This document shows, in pieces, positions 17,931-26,572 of a DNA stretch of 64,000 nt. The DNA lies in assembly GCA_039024395.1 (NCBI GenBank), contig JBCCQJ010000001.1:3288-67287 (forward strand). The letters run 5' to 3'. The DNA comes from Bacteroidota bacterium (GTDB lineage: Bacteria > Bacteroidota > Rhodothermia > Rhodothermales > Rubricoccaceae). The notes beneath the pieces are model-generated. The model saw nothing but the letters and a program-made list of their open reading frames with translations. It ran no database searches and was not told the DNA's origin. Every line of letters begins with the position of its first letter. Position 1 is the first letter of the stretch. The position numbers and the translations under genes were made by a program.

Positions 17931-18368
17931 ATGCTCCGCCTTCTCCTCTCTCTTCTTGTTCTCCTGGTCGCGTGGCCGGCCACCGCGCAGCGCGTCCTCC
18001 TCGTTGCGGACCAGGATCGGCTTACCATGCAGCTCATCCACAACGACCTGACGGCCGCTCAGCGCCAGTGGGTCGATGACGGCCAGGCGGTCGTCGTCGG
18101 GCGCGTGGGGGACGAGAGCTGGTGCATCGGCTGCTCGCTCAAGGACGACGCCCAGCGCTCCGCCTCGGAGATGCAGCGGGCGGGTCGCGACATGGCCCGG
18201 TTGGCGCGCGCCGAGCCCGTCCGTGCCGGGGCGTCCTCTCGGACGCACATCGAGTGCGACGCCCCGCTTGTCGTCCTCGCCTCGATGCTCGAGTCGGGGC
18301 TGCCGCGGTGGATGACGCTCGCCCCCGCGCGACTGACCCCGAGGCGGCCGGCATCGCCTCGGCGCTAG
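17931..18368 (+). CDS. secreted hypothetical protein
   Basis: Signal MLRLLLSLLVLLVAWPATAQ. Start trimmed to the ATG at 17931. C/T-rich leader. Confidence 0.6.
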   Translation: MLRLLLSLLVLLVAWPATAQRVLLVADQDRLTMQLIHNDLTAAQRQWVDDGQAVVVGRVGDESWCIGCSLKDDAQRSASEMQRAGRDMARLARAEPVRAGASSRTHIECDAPLVVLASMLESGLPRWMTLAPARLTPRRPASPRR

Positions 18369-18461
18369 CTGAACACGCTCGTCCTGCACGTCACATCATC
18401 GCCCGTCGCTGGCCGCACGCGCGGATCCAGCCACGGCCTCTCTCCTCAGCCTGCTCACGCC

Positions 18462-18847
18462 ATGAACGCGCACCTCTCGGCCCTCGCGATCCCCCTCTGC
18501 TTCCTGACCGGGACCGCCTCGGCGCAGGCCGTCGACGCCCTTGCAGACCCACCGCGCTGGTCATCGACCCGGAGCGGCGGTGGCTCCTCCGGCGGCATCG
18601 CGGCGAGCAGGTCACGCTCTCGCCCGATGCCCCGGAAGACGTCAGCGGGGTGATCCAGAGCGGCGACGTCTTCGACGGGAGCCTCCAGCCCGCGGCCTAC
18701 GTCGACGGCCGGTGGCAGGTCGAGGTGGCGCTGCCGTCGGGCACCTACGTCTACGCCTTCCGCGTGGCCGGCGAGTGGCAAGGCATCACCCCTCTGGTCA
18801 TCCGGCCGCTGGTCGACCTCGACCCCGACACGACGCACCCCGACTGA
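18462..18847 (+). pseudogene. frameshifted gene: signal peptide in one frame, beta-sandwich (CBM48/E-set-like?) domain in the -1 frame
   Basis: MNAHLSALAIPLCFLTGTASAQAVDALADPP (frame of 18462) continues sensibly only in the frame of ORF 18122..18847 (ALVIDPERRW...GTYVYAFRVAGEWQ...). The switch is near 18545-18555. Confidence 0.45.
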
Positions 18848-18902
18848 ACGCCTCGGTGCGGCCCGTTCTCTCCTTCTTTCACCTCCCGTCTCCTGCCTCG
18901 TC

Positions 18903-20006
18903 ATGCGTGCTCTTCTCTTCAGCCTGTTGCTGGCCCTCGCACCGTCTGCCTCGTCTCAATCCGCGTTTGCGGAAGAGGACATCACCTTCGCCTCCGTCGA
19001 CGGCGTCACGTTGGCGGGCACCGTCGCGGTCCCCGACGGCGACGGTCCGTTCCCGGCCGTCGTGCTCGTGTCCGGCTCGGGGCTGCAAGACCGGGACGGC
19101 GGCCCCGATGCGCCCATCTTCCCCACCGGCTATCGGTTCTACCGCGACCTTGCGCACGCGCTCACCGAGGCGGGCATCCTGACGCTCCGCTACGACGAGC
19201 GCGGCGTCGGCGAGAGCACCGACGGCCCCGATCCGGCGTCCGTCACCACGTTCGACTATGCCGACGATGCGGCGGCCGCCGTCCGCGCCCTCGACGCGCG
19301 AGGCGATGTCCGATGGGTCGGGATCGTCGGTCACAGCGAGGGCGGGACGGTCGCGCCCCTCGCGGCAGGCGCCGAGCCGGCCGTCGATGCCATCGTGATG
19401 GTCGGCGCCGCGGGGATCTCGGGCCTCGACATCGTGATGGAGCAGAACCGGTTCGCTCTCGGGCAGGCCGGGGTCTCCGACGCCGGCGTCGAGATCTTCG
19501 TTGACCGCCTCCGGACAGCCTTTGTGTCGCTTGCGGGCACGGCGGGCGGCGCGGTCGACGAGGCCGCACGCGAGGAGGTCGAGGCGAACCTCGCCCGCGC
19601 GTTCGGCGACCTCCCCGAGGCGGACGCGGCGGCGCTGGGCATCACGCCCGAGGCGATCCCGTTCGTGGTGTCGCAGCAGATGCAGTCCGTTTCCGGCGCG
19701 TGGTACCGGACGTTCCTCGCCCTCGACCCGGCCGAGCCGGTGGGCGCGCTCCGTGTGCCCGCGCTCGCCCTCTACCTCGCCCTCGACCAGCAGGTGCCGC
19801 CCACTCAGAACGCTGCGCCCATGCGCGACGCCCTCGACACCTCGTCCAGCCCCGACTGGGACGTCGTCACGCTGGACGGGCTGAACCACGTCTTCCAACG
19901 CGCCCAGACGGGGTCGGTGCAGGAGTACGCCACGCTCCCGGCCGTGGTCGACCCGGCCGTCCCCGAGGCCATCGCGGCGTGGGTCCTCCGGGTGGCCGAC
20001 GAGTAG
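18903..20006 (+). CDS. alpha/beta hydrolase, secreted
   Basis: Signal MRALLFSLLLALAPSASSQ. Nucleophile elbow GHSEGG. Confidence 0.8.
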   Translation: MRALLFSLLLALAPSASSQSAFAEEDITFASVDGVTLAGTVAVPDGDGPFPAVVLVSGSGLQDRDGGPDAPIFPTGYRFYRDLAHALTEAGILTLRYDERGVGESTDGPDPASVTTFDYADDAAAAVRALDARGDVRWVGIVGHSEGGTVAPLAAGAEPAVDAIVMVGAAGISGLDIVMEQNRFALGQAGVSDAGVEIFVDRLRTAFVSLAGTAGGAVDEAAREEVEANLARAFGDLPEADAAALGITPEAIPFVVSQQMQSVSGAWYRTFLALDPAEPVGALRVPALALYLALDQQVPPTQNAAPMRDALDTSSSPDWDVVTLDGLNHVFQRAQTGSVQEYATLPAVVDPAVPEAIAAWVLRVADE

Positions 20007-20043
20007 GCCCCCGCCAACGCGGTCGGCTCCGCCTCGGGGTGCG

Positions 20044-20070
20044 TCCGCCTCGGGGCGAGGCTCCGAGGCG
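20044..20070 (+). terminator. CCGCCTCGG-loop-CCGAGGCGG hairpin after the hydrolase gene (no U-tract)
   Basis: 9-bp perfect stem (20044-20052 / 20062-20070), 9-nt loop. Preceded by another CCGCCTCGGGG copy. Confidence 0.35.
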
Positions 20071-20120
20071 GGTCACGACCTGTGCTCGCGGACCTCTCGT
20101 TCCCCTCTCCTCTCCCTGTC

Positions 20121-21251
20121 ATGATCCTTCGTGTCCTTGCGAGCACGCTTCTCGGCTCGTTCCTCCTCGCCGCCTGCTCGGCATCGCGTCCTGCGGAGAC
20201 TCCGCCCATCGGCCTCGACACCGAGGTGGCAGCCCTCATGGACACGTTCAATGTCACCGGCGTCGGCCTCGGGCGCATCCAGGGCGGGCGTCTCGTCTGG
20301 ACCCGCTACTACGGCGAGCAGGCGCCGGGCGTGTCCGTGACCGCCGCCACGATGTTCAACACGGCCTCGATGCACAAGGCCGTCACCGCCGAGCTGGCGC
20401 TCCGCCTCGTGGACCGGGGCCTGCTCGACCTCGACGAGCCCATCTCGGCGCACTACGTCCACCCCGACATCGCCGACGACCCGCGCCACGAGGCGCTCAC
20501 CCCGCGCCTGCTGCTGACGCACCAGACCGGCTTCCTCAACTGGCCCCACAGCTACGAGGACGGCCGGCTGGCGTTCACCCAGGACCCCGGAACAGGCTAC
20601 ACCTACTCCGGCATCGGCTTCATGATCTTCGGGCGCTTCCTGGAGCAGAAACTCGGGACGCCATTCCCCGACCTCGTCCGGACCTACGTCTACGACCCCA
20701 TCGGGATGGACGGTGCCTCCTCGGTGCAGGAGGCCTGGATGGCCGACCGGGTGGCGCAGCCTACCGACGCCGAGGGCGAGCCCTTCGCGGACTTCGCCCT
20801 GGAGGAGGGCACCTGGAATCCGGCCGACGACCTCTACGTGACCGTCGAGGACTACGCGGCCTTTCTGATCGACGTCTGGCAGGGCGGCGGGGTGCGCCCC
20901 GAGGTGGTCTCGCTGCGAACGCAGGTCCAGACCCCGTTGCGCGAGGACACGATTTGGGGCTGCGACGGCGGCGCGATGGACCCGTGCCCGGAGCCGTACG
21001 GGCACAGCATCGGGTGGTTCGTGTTCGGCTACGGCGACTCGCTGAACCTGCAGCATGGCGGCAACGACCGCGGGGAGGCGGCCAACGGGTACATCCACCT
21101 GGACTCGGGCAACGGCCTCGTGGTGCTGGTCAACGGCGCGAACGGTGTGCTGGCGTGGCCTCAGATCGTGGACGCGGTGGACGATGAGCAGCGGTTCACG
21201 GCGACGTTCCACTACATCATCGACAAGTTCCTCACCCAGGACCGCGGATGA
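20121..21251 (+). CDS. serine hydrolase (beta-lactamase/transpeptidase-like)
   Basis: Lipoprotein-like signal MILRVLASTLLGSFLLAAC. SxxK = SMHK. Confidence 0.8.
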   Translation: MILRVLASTLLGSFLLAACSASRPAETPPIGLDTEVAALMDTFNVTGVGLGRIQGGRLVWTRYYGEQAPGVSVTAATMFNTASMHKAVTAELALRLVDRGLLDLDEPISAHYVHPDIADDPRHEALTPRLLLTHQTGFLNWPHSYEDGRLAFTQDPGTGYTYSGIGFMIFGRFLEQKLGTPFPDLVRTYVYDPIGMDGASSVQEAWMADRVAQPTDAEGEPFADFALEEGTWNPADDLYVTVEDYAAFLIDVWQGGGVRPEVVSLRTQVQTPLREDTIWGCDGGAMDPCPEPYGHSIGWFVFGYGDSLNLQHGGNDRGEAANGYIHLDSGNGLVVLVNGANGVLAWPQIVDAVDDEQRFTATFHYIIDKFLTQDRG

Positions 21252-21296
21252 CGTGGAGCGGCTATCCCCGTGCCAGCGGCCTCCCTCCCTCGCCGT

Positions 21297-22127
21297 TTAC
21301 CGCCTGACCGGCGTGGAGGTCAGAGGGTTGAGGTCGTCCCGAGGGTCCAGAAGGACGCCCGCCCCCGCGGTCACCTCGCTCGGAGCGGCCGGCGTGTCGA
21401 GGCAGAGATGCTCGTAGTTGTCGTTGTCCCCGAGGTCGCCGAGTGCGAACGGGACGACCTCCCCATCACCGGTCGTGACCCGGTACATCGTGCGGTGCGT
21501 CTCGGGTGTGATCCCATCGTCCGGTCGGACACCACCCGCCCACGTCACCTGAATCACCTGCTGCGTCGCCGCTGGACAGTCGCTCTCGATCGCATGGGCC
21601 TCGTAGGCGATGGCGAGAACGAGCGTCGGCCCGGCCTCCAACGGGTCGACCTCCGCCTCGAGGCCTCGTGCCGAGGCGCCGCCCTCCAGCATCACGTTCC
21701 CGACGATCTCGACGCGACGAGGTGGGTCCTCCGCGCTGCCGAGGTCGCCGATGAGGAGGACGGTGTGACCCTCGGAGGGCTCGTCGGCAGGCCGCAGCGT
21801 GGCACACAGGGGCCTCTTTTGCATGCCCGATTCGGTGGTCACGAGAACGTCGCCGGGCTCGATCGAGGTCACTCGCCGAGAGAACGTGACAGGCATTCCA
21901 TCCCGTCCCGGGGCCGCCCGGCACAGGAGGCGGGCGCGCCTGGGCAGGGCGTCGTCCAGACCGAAGAAGGCATTGAGCAACCGAGGCGGCTCCCGGTCGA
22001 GTGCGGTCGCCGGCGGGATCTTCGGAGGCGATGTCCCACATGCACTCACGAGCAGAACGAGCACAGGCCAGAGTGCGAGGCACGAACCGGATGCGACGCG
22101 GGTCGGGAGGCCTGGCAGGTCGAGCAT
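21297..22127 (-). CDS. hypothetical lipoprotein
   Basis: MLDLPGLPTRVASGSCLALWPVLVLLVSAC lipobox. Start trimmed to the ATG at 22127. Confidence 0.6.
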   Translation of the reverse strand: MLDLPGLPTRVASGSCLALWPVLVLLVSACGTSPPKIPPATALDREPPRLLNAFFGLDDALPRRARLLCRAAPGRDGMPVTFSRRVTSIEPGDVLVTTESGMQKRPLCATLRPADEPSEGHTVLLIGDLGSAEDPPRRVEIVGNVMLEGGASARGLEAEVDPLEAGPTLVLAIAYEAHAIESDCPAATQQVIQVTWAGGVRPDDGITPETHRTMYRVTTGDGEVVPFALGDLGDNDNYEHLCLDTPAAPSEVTAGAGVLLDPRDDLNPLTSTPVRR

Positions 22128-22334
22128 CGCGAGGATTGGTTCCCGCGGCGGCAACGGGCGCGCGGTAGCAGAGGAGCAGGTCAAGCTACAGAGTGACCGT
22201 GCGCGATGAGCGCCAGGGCGCATCCGGTGTGCGCTCGCGCCCGGTGATTCGGCTCGAAACCGCCATTTCAGGCTCCGGCGCCGGCTGGCACACCCGTTGG
22301 AAGGCTCCTGGGTGTCTCACCAACACCCCCTCCC

Positions 22335-22499
22335 ATGTTTGCCTCCACGCCTTCCTTCCGCTCCTCGCTCACCACGCACGGCTCGACCCTCTACGGCATG
22401 CGCCGCGTCCGCGCGCCTCGCCGGCCGTTCGGTGCCTGGGACGTCGCTCGTTCGTCCAGCACGTCCACGCGGCAGCTCCAGGGCCGGGCCGGCCGATGA
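22335..22499 (+). CDS. candidate small basic protein (54 aa), or the body of a small RNA
   Basis: ATG 22335 to TGA 22499 (MFASTPSFRSSL...RQLQGRAGR), too short for the ORF track. C-rich leader. Followed by a strong intrinsic terminator. Its 3' part plus the terminator recurs at 59806-59927. Confidence 0.3.
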   Translation: MFASTPSFRSSLTTHGSTLYGMRRVRAPRRPFGAWDVARSSSTSTRQLQGRAGR

Positions 22500-22524
22500 G
22501 CCGAGCCCCTGCGTCCTTCCGATG

Positions 22525-22558
22525 AGCGCTGGTCTCCGCAGAGGCCAGCGCTTTTTTG
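22525..22558 (+). terminator. rho-independent terminator
   Basis: AGCGCTGGTCTC-cgca-GAGGCCAGCGCT (12-bp stem with one G-U pair) followed by TTTTTT. Confidence 0.7.
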
Positions 22559-22619
22559 TGGGGGAGCCTGCGAGCGAGGACTCAACCCGCTCGCGACGCG
22601 TGGACCCTCCGAAAGGCGA

Positions 22620-23534
22620 TCAGGGCGAAGGCCGGCGGGCACTCACGTACGATGTCGCCTCGTGAAGAAAGCGCGCCCCCACAGGCGGCACGTCGTCCAC
22701 CCGCCACACGACCGAGAGCGCCGTCGCCTCGATCACGGCGTCCGGGACGTCGGCCAGCGGGCGCGCCTCGACACCGGCCTGGACACGGTGCCCCACGACC
22801 TCCGGGGCCAGCGTGACGCCGAGGCCTGCCGCCACGAGCGCGAGGCTAGCTGCCAGCGGCTCGGCCTCCTCGACGATGCGCGGCTCGAACCTGGCGGACC
22901 GGCACAGCGCCATCACGGTCGTCATGTAGCCGCCCGACCGGTAGCGGGGCGACAGCACGAACGGCTCGCGCGCCAGCTCGGTCAGGGGCACGGCCGCAAG
23001 CGAGGTCAGCCGGTGGTCGCTGGGCAGGAGCACCACCAACGGCTCGGCCCGGAGGGCAAGAACCCCAACGCCATCGCGGTCGACGAACGGCCCGCGGCTG
23101 ATGCCGACGTCGATCTCGCGGGAGCGGAGCGCGTCCGCGATCTCCTCCTGGAACCGCTCGACGAGATGCACCGAGCTGCGCGGCGCGTGCGCGCGGAACG
23201 ACCGGAGCAGCTCGGGCACCAGCCGCACCGTCGCCGAGCTGACGGCCCCGAGGCGGAGCGTGCCGCCGCGCCCGTCGGCGGCATCCCGGGCCGACGTGCG
23301 GGCGCGGTCGGCCCAGTGCAGCACCTCGCGGGCGTCGCGGAGGAAGGCGCGGCCGCTGGCCGTCAGCGTCGCCCGGCGGGTCGTGCGGTCGAAGAGGCAC
23401 ACCTCCAGGTCCGCCTCGAGGCGCTGGATCTGGCGCGAGAGCGCCGACTGCGAGAGGTGGACCTGCGCGGCAGCGCGGCCGAAGTGCCCCGCCTCGGCGA
23501 CGGCCACGAAACACTCGATCTGACGAAGCTCCAC
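22620..23534 (-). CDS. LysR family transcriptional regulator
   Basis: wHTH (M)ELRQIECFVAVAEAGHFGRAAAQVHLSQSALSRQIQRLE. GTG start. Divergent from the hydrolase at 23638. Confidence 0.9.
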   Translation of the reverse strand: MELRQIECFVAVAEAGHFGRAAAQVHLSQSALSRQIQRLEADLEVCLFDRTTRRATLTASGRAFLRDAREVLHWADRARTSARDAADGRGGTLRLGAVSSATVRLVPELLRSFRAHAPRSSVHLVERFQEEIADALRSREIDVGISRGPFVDRDGVGVLALRAEPLVVLLPSDHRLTSLAAVPLTELAREPFVLSPRYRSGGYMTTVMALCRSARFEPRIVEEAEPLAASLALVAAGLGVTLAPEVVGHRVQAGVEARPLADVPDAVIEATALSVVWRVDDVPPVGARFLHEATSYVSARRPSP

Positions 23535-23536
23535 AG

Positions 23537-23551
23537 ATGCACGCTGCGCAT
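23537..23551. promoter_or_regulatory. candidate LysR box (ATGC-N7-GCAT, T-N11-A)
   Basis: ATGCACGCTGCGCAT, 3 nt upstream of the LysR start in the divergent region. Confidence 0.3.
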
Positions 23552-23637
23552 GGGTCAGGCCAACTTATGCATGGAAGTGGACAGCGACCGATGAGCGCTC
23601 TACCCTGGCATCGACTCCAAACCACCGATCGACGTTC

Positions 23638-25134
23638 ATGCTCCGGCTCCTCTTCGTCCTTGTCCTCTCGCTCGCGGCGTGCCACACGGTGGCCGCCGTC
23701 CCGCAGGCCCCAGATTCGCCACTCACGCTGACCGAGGAGACCGTCACCTGGGACAACGGCCAGAGCGTGACGTTCGATCTCGGCACCCTGACGGTCCCCG
23801 TCAACCGGCGGGCGGGTTCCAACGAAACGATCACCGTCGAGGTCGTCCGCTTCCGACGTGCCGCCAGCGCACCCAGCGACGTTCCGCCCGTGTTCCGACT
23901 CCGAGGCGGGCCGGGCTGGCCCGGTGTCACGAGCGACCTCGATGACCCGATCCACTACCAGTTCAACGTCGAGCGTCTGATCGAGACGACGGACGTGGTG
24001 TACGTCGGCCAGCGTGGGTTCGGGACCTCGACGGACACCCCGTGCGCGGATCGCGAGGCGCTCTCGTTCGATGCCTCCGACGCTCAGCGCCAGCAGGCCC
24101 TCCTCGACGCGCTCCGCGCATGTCGCCAGTCCTATGAGGCCGGAGGACTCGACCTCACCGGCTTCAACGTGCTCGAAGCCGCGGCTGACGTCGCCGAGGC
24201 GGCTCGCGAGCTGGGATACGACCAGATCCAGCTCTACGGCAGCAGCTTCGGATCGCACGTCGGGATGGCGCTCCTGCGAGCCAACCCGGATCTCATCGCC
24301 CGCGTCATGTTCTACGGGCTGGAGGGGCCGGACCACACCCACGACGACCCCGACGGGCTGGAGCGAGCGCTCGAGTCCATCGCTGCCGCCGCAGAGTCCT
24401 CTGAGACGATCGCCCCGTACGTACCGCCGGGTGGCCTCTTGAACGCCTACCGCGACCTCATCCGCCGCGCCGACGCCGAGCCGATCCGGGTTCCCACGGT
24501 CCACCCGGACACCGGCGACTCGCTCGTCGTCGTGCTCGCAGGCGACGACTTCCGCGAACTGTCGCGTGGCGTCACGCGCGGCCTCGCGTGGAACTACCTC
24601 ACGCCGGCGTGGGCGCTCGACCTCCTGACGATGCTGAGCGGCGACTTCGAGCCCGCCGCCCGCCGCATCTTCCGGCTCCGGACGCGCACGGGCATGCGCA
24701 ACGCCGCGTTCTATCAACTCGACTGCGGATCAGGCATCACCGAGGCGCGAGACGCGAGGTATCGGGCCGCAGACGGTGCGGACCTGGTCGGCGAGATCTG
24801 GACGATGTACAGCGTCGGGTGCCTCCCGTGGGACGCCGACCTCGGCGACGGCTTCCGCTCTGACTTTGTCACCGACATCCCAGCGCTCCTGCTGCACGGG
24901 ACGTGGGATGTGAGCACGCCCTACGAGAACGCCACGGAGCTTCTCCCCTCCTTCCGCGACCACCACCTCGTCACCGTCGAGGGCGGGTCGCACGGCGCGG
25001 TCTACGAGGCGATGGAGGTCGACCAGGCGTTCGAGGACGGGCTCTACCGCTGGTTCGCGACCGGCGACGCGACGGGCCTTCCGGACCGTGTGGTTCTGCC
25101 TCCGCCCGCCTGGCAGGCCCCGGCCGAAGGGTGA
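23638..25134 (+). CDS. alpha/beta hydrolase (S33/TAP-like peptidase?), secreted lipoprotein
   Basis: Signal MLRLLFVLVLSLAAC. GxSxG as YGSSFGSHV. LLLHGTWDVSTP near the C-terminus. Confidence 0.8.
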   Translation: MLRLLFVLVLSLAACHTVAAVPQAPDSPLTLTEETVTWDNGQSVTFDLGTLTVPVNRRAGSNETITVEVVRFRRAASAPSDVPPVFRLRGGPGWPGVTSDLDDPIHYQFNVERLIETTDVVYVGQRGFGTSTDTPCADREALSFDASDAQRQQALLDALRACRQSYEAGGLDLTGFNVLEAAADVAEAARELGYDQIQLYGSSFGSHVGMALLRANPDLIARVMFYGLEGPDHTHDDPDGLERALESIAAAAESSETIAPYVPPGGLLNAYRDLIRRADAEPIRVPTVHPDTGDSLVVVLAGDDFRELSRGVTRGLAWNYLTPAWALDLLTMLSGDFEPAARRIFRLRTRTGMRNAAFYQLDCGSGITEARDARYRAADGADLVGEIWTMYSVGCLPWDADLGDGFRSDFVTDIPALLLHGTWDVSTPYENATELLPSFRDHHLVTVEGGSHGAVYEAMEVDQAFEDGLYRWFATGDATGLPDRVVLPPPAWQAPAEG

Positions 25135-25140
25135 CGTGCT

Positions 25141-25174
25141 CCCGCCTCGGAGTCACGGGCGGCCCCGAGGCGGG
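25141..25174. repeat. CCCGCCTCGG / CCGAGGCGGG hairpin between convergent genes
   Basis: 10-bp perfect stem (25141-25150 / 25165-25174), 14-nt loop. Confidence 0.5.
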
Positions 25175-25256
25175 TGGAGGTCTAGCGATGGCGTCCTGCT
25201 TCTCCTCGAGGCGGAGCGCACGCTCTTCCGCCTCGGAGCACGCGGCGGTCGTGGCG

Positions 25257-26516
25257 TCACCGCCCGACGTGCCACACGAACTGGATGAAGTTGAACTCGA
25301 GCTGGTCGAACCGGAAGCCGCCGTCGGCGAGGGACAGCCCGGGGGCGTAGCGGAGGTTGGTGCGGAGCAGCCACGGCTGCGTGCGCGTCGGGCGGATGTC
25401 CCACCCGAACAGGACCGACGGCACGACGGTCGTCTGGGTCTCGACGAACGTCTCCTCGCCCCCGTCCGTCTCGCGGGCCGTCAGCCGCTCCACCGATGCA
25501 CCGGCGCCCAGGAAAGGCACAAACCCCTCGTAGTCGCCGAGGATCTTGGCGGCCTCCAGCGTGGCCGCGTTCCGCGACAGCCGCTGCGACGCGCCGAAGG
25601 CGTCCTGGCCGGTCGTGATCCGTCGGTAGGCGAGGTTCACGAAGGCGTCCAGGCCGTCGTGGTAGTAGCCCGCCCCAAACTCGGGGAAGACGGCCGGCGA
25701 CAGCGCGGAGAGAAAGAACGATTCGTCGTTTCGGGGAGAGTTCCGGAGCGGGATCGCGCTCGACGGGCCGATGGAGAGCAGCACGCCACTGAGGCGACCG
25801 GCCTCCCGGAGCCGCCGCTCGCGCCGAGCCTCCGCACCGCTCGCAACGCCCGCCTCGTTGAGCGCCGTGGACTCGAAGAACACCCTCGCGCCCACCAACG
25901 CAGACCACGACGGAATGGAGACCGTCCCCGGCTCGGTCCGCGACAGCGGCACGTCCACCTCGCGGCCGGCCGCGTAGCGGACGCTCCCGTCCACGGCGAC
26001 GGGGCCGAGCCGGGCCGTCAGGCCCGCCTCCAGCGGGAACCGGTGGAGCGTCGCGAACGGCCCGTCTCCGAGGCGGACCGTTTCGACCGTCCAGCTCGTC
26101 CCGACGAAGGGGCGCACCGTCCCCGGCTGGGTCGCCCAGGGGTAGGCGCGCGCGCCAGTCTCCACTGTGGGGATGTTGATGAGCGTCTGGTCGCCCACGG
26201 TGGTGCTCCGGCTTAGCGTCGTGAAGCGGACGTAGAAGTCGGCGTGGCCCCAGAAGTGCAGGCCGCCGAAGGCAAGCTGCGCTGCGGACGTGCGGCCCGG
26301 CGCGTCGAATCCCGGGACGTCTGCGGACTCTGCCGACGAGAGGGCGCTCGCGCCGCCGTAGCCCTCGGCGAAGGCGAAGCGGCGCTCGGCGTCTCGCGCC
26401 CGTTCCGCCGCTGTGGTGTCGTCCGGGGCTGGCCCCGTCTGGGCGAGCGCCGCGAGCGGTGCAATCGCCAGGGCGAGGAGTGTCAGGGAGCGGTGTAGAC
26501 CTGGAAGGCAGCGCAT
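25257..26516 (-). CDS. outer-membrane beta-barrel protein, function unknown
   Basis: Signal MRCLPGLHRSLTLLALAIAPLAALAQ. Alternating beta-strand pattern. Start trimmed to the ATG at 26516. Confidence 0.65.
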   Translation of the reverse strand: MRCLPGLHRSLTLLALAIAPLAALAQTGPAPDDTTAAERARDAERRFAFAEGYGGASALSSAESADVPGFDAPGRTSAAQLAFGGLHFWGHADFYVRFTTLSRSTTVGDQTLINIPTVETGARAYPWATQPGTVRPFVGTSWTVETVRLGDGPFATLHRFPLEAGLTARLGPVAVDGSVRYAAGREVDVPLSRTEPGTVSIPSWSALVGARVFFESTALNEAGVASGAEARRERRLREAGRLSGVLLSIGPSSAIPLRNSPRNDESFFLSALSPAVFPEFGAGYYHDGLDAFVNLAYRRITTGQDAFGASQRLSRNAATLEAAKILGDYEGFVPFLGAGASVERLTARETDGGEETFVETQTTVVPSVLFGWDIRPTRTQPWLLRTNLRYAPGLSLADGGFRFDQLEFNFIQFVWHVGR

Positions 26517-26572
26517 CCTCCACGATCCACACGCTCTGGACCGGTCGCCTATCGGTTGGCGCCATTCTCCTG

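Noticed and set aside
22190-22340. Riboswitch in the long 5' region before the small ORF
   Set aside because: I could not match conserved cores of the classes I recalled (TPP, cobalamin B12 box, c-di-GMP-I, ZTP, guanidine, fluoride, glycine). It is kept only as an unexplained shared upstream module.
22515-22560. Possible hammerhead ribozyme, because of the recurrent CGAUGAG word next to a stem
   Set aside because: The core would need CUGAUGA ... GAAA with three stems and a cleavage triplet. There is no GAAA after the stem and no stems I or III. The structure is a plain terminator hairpin.
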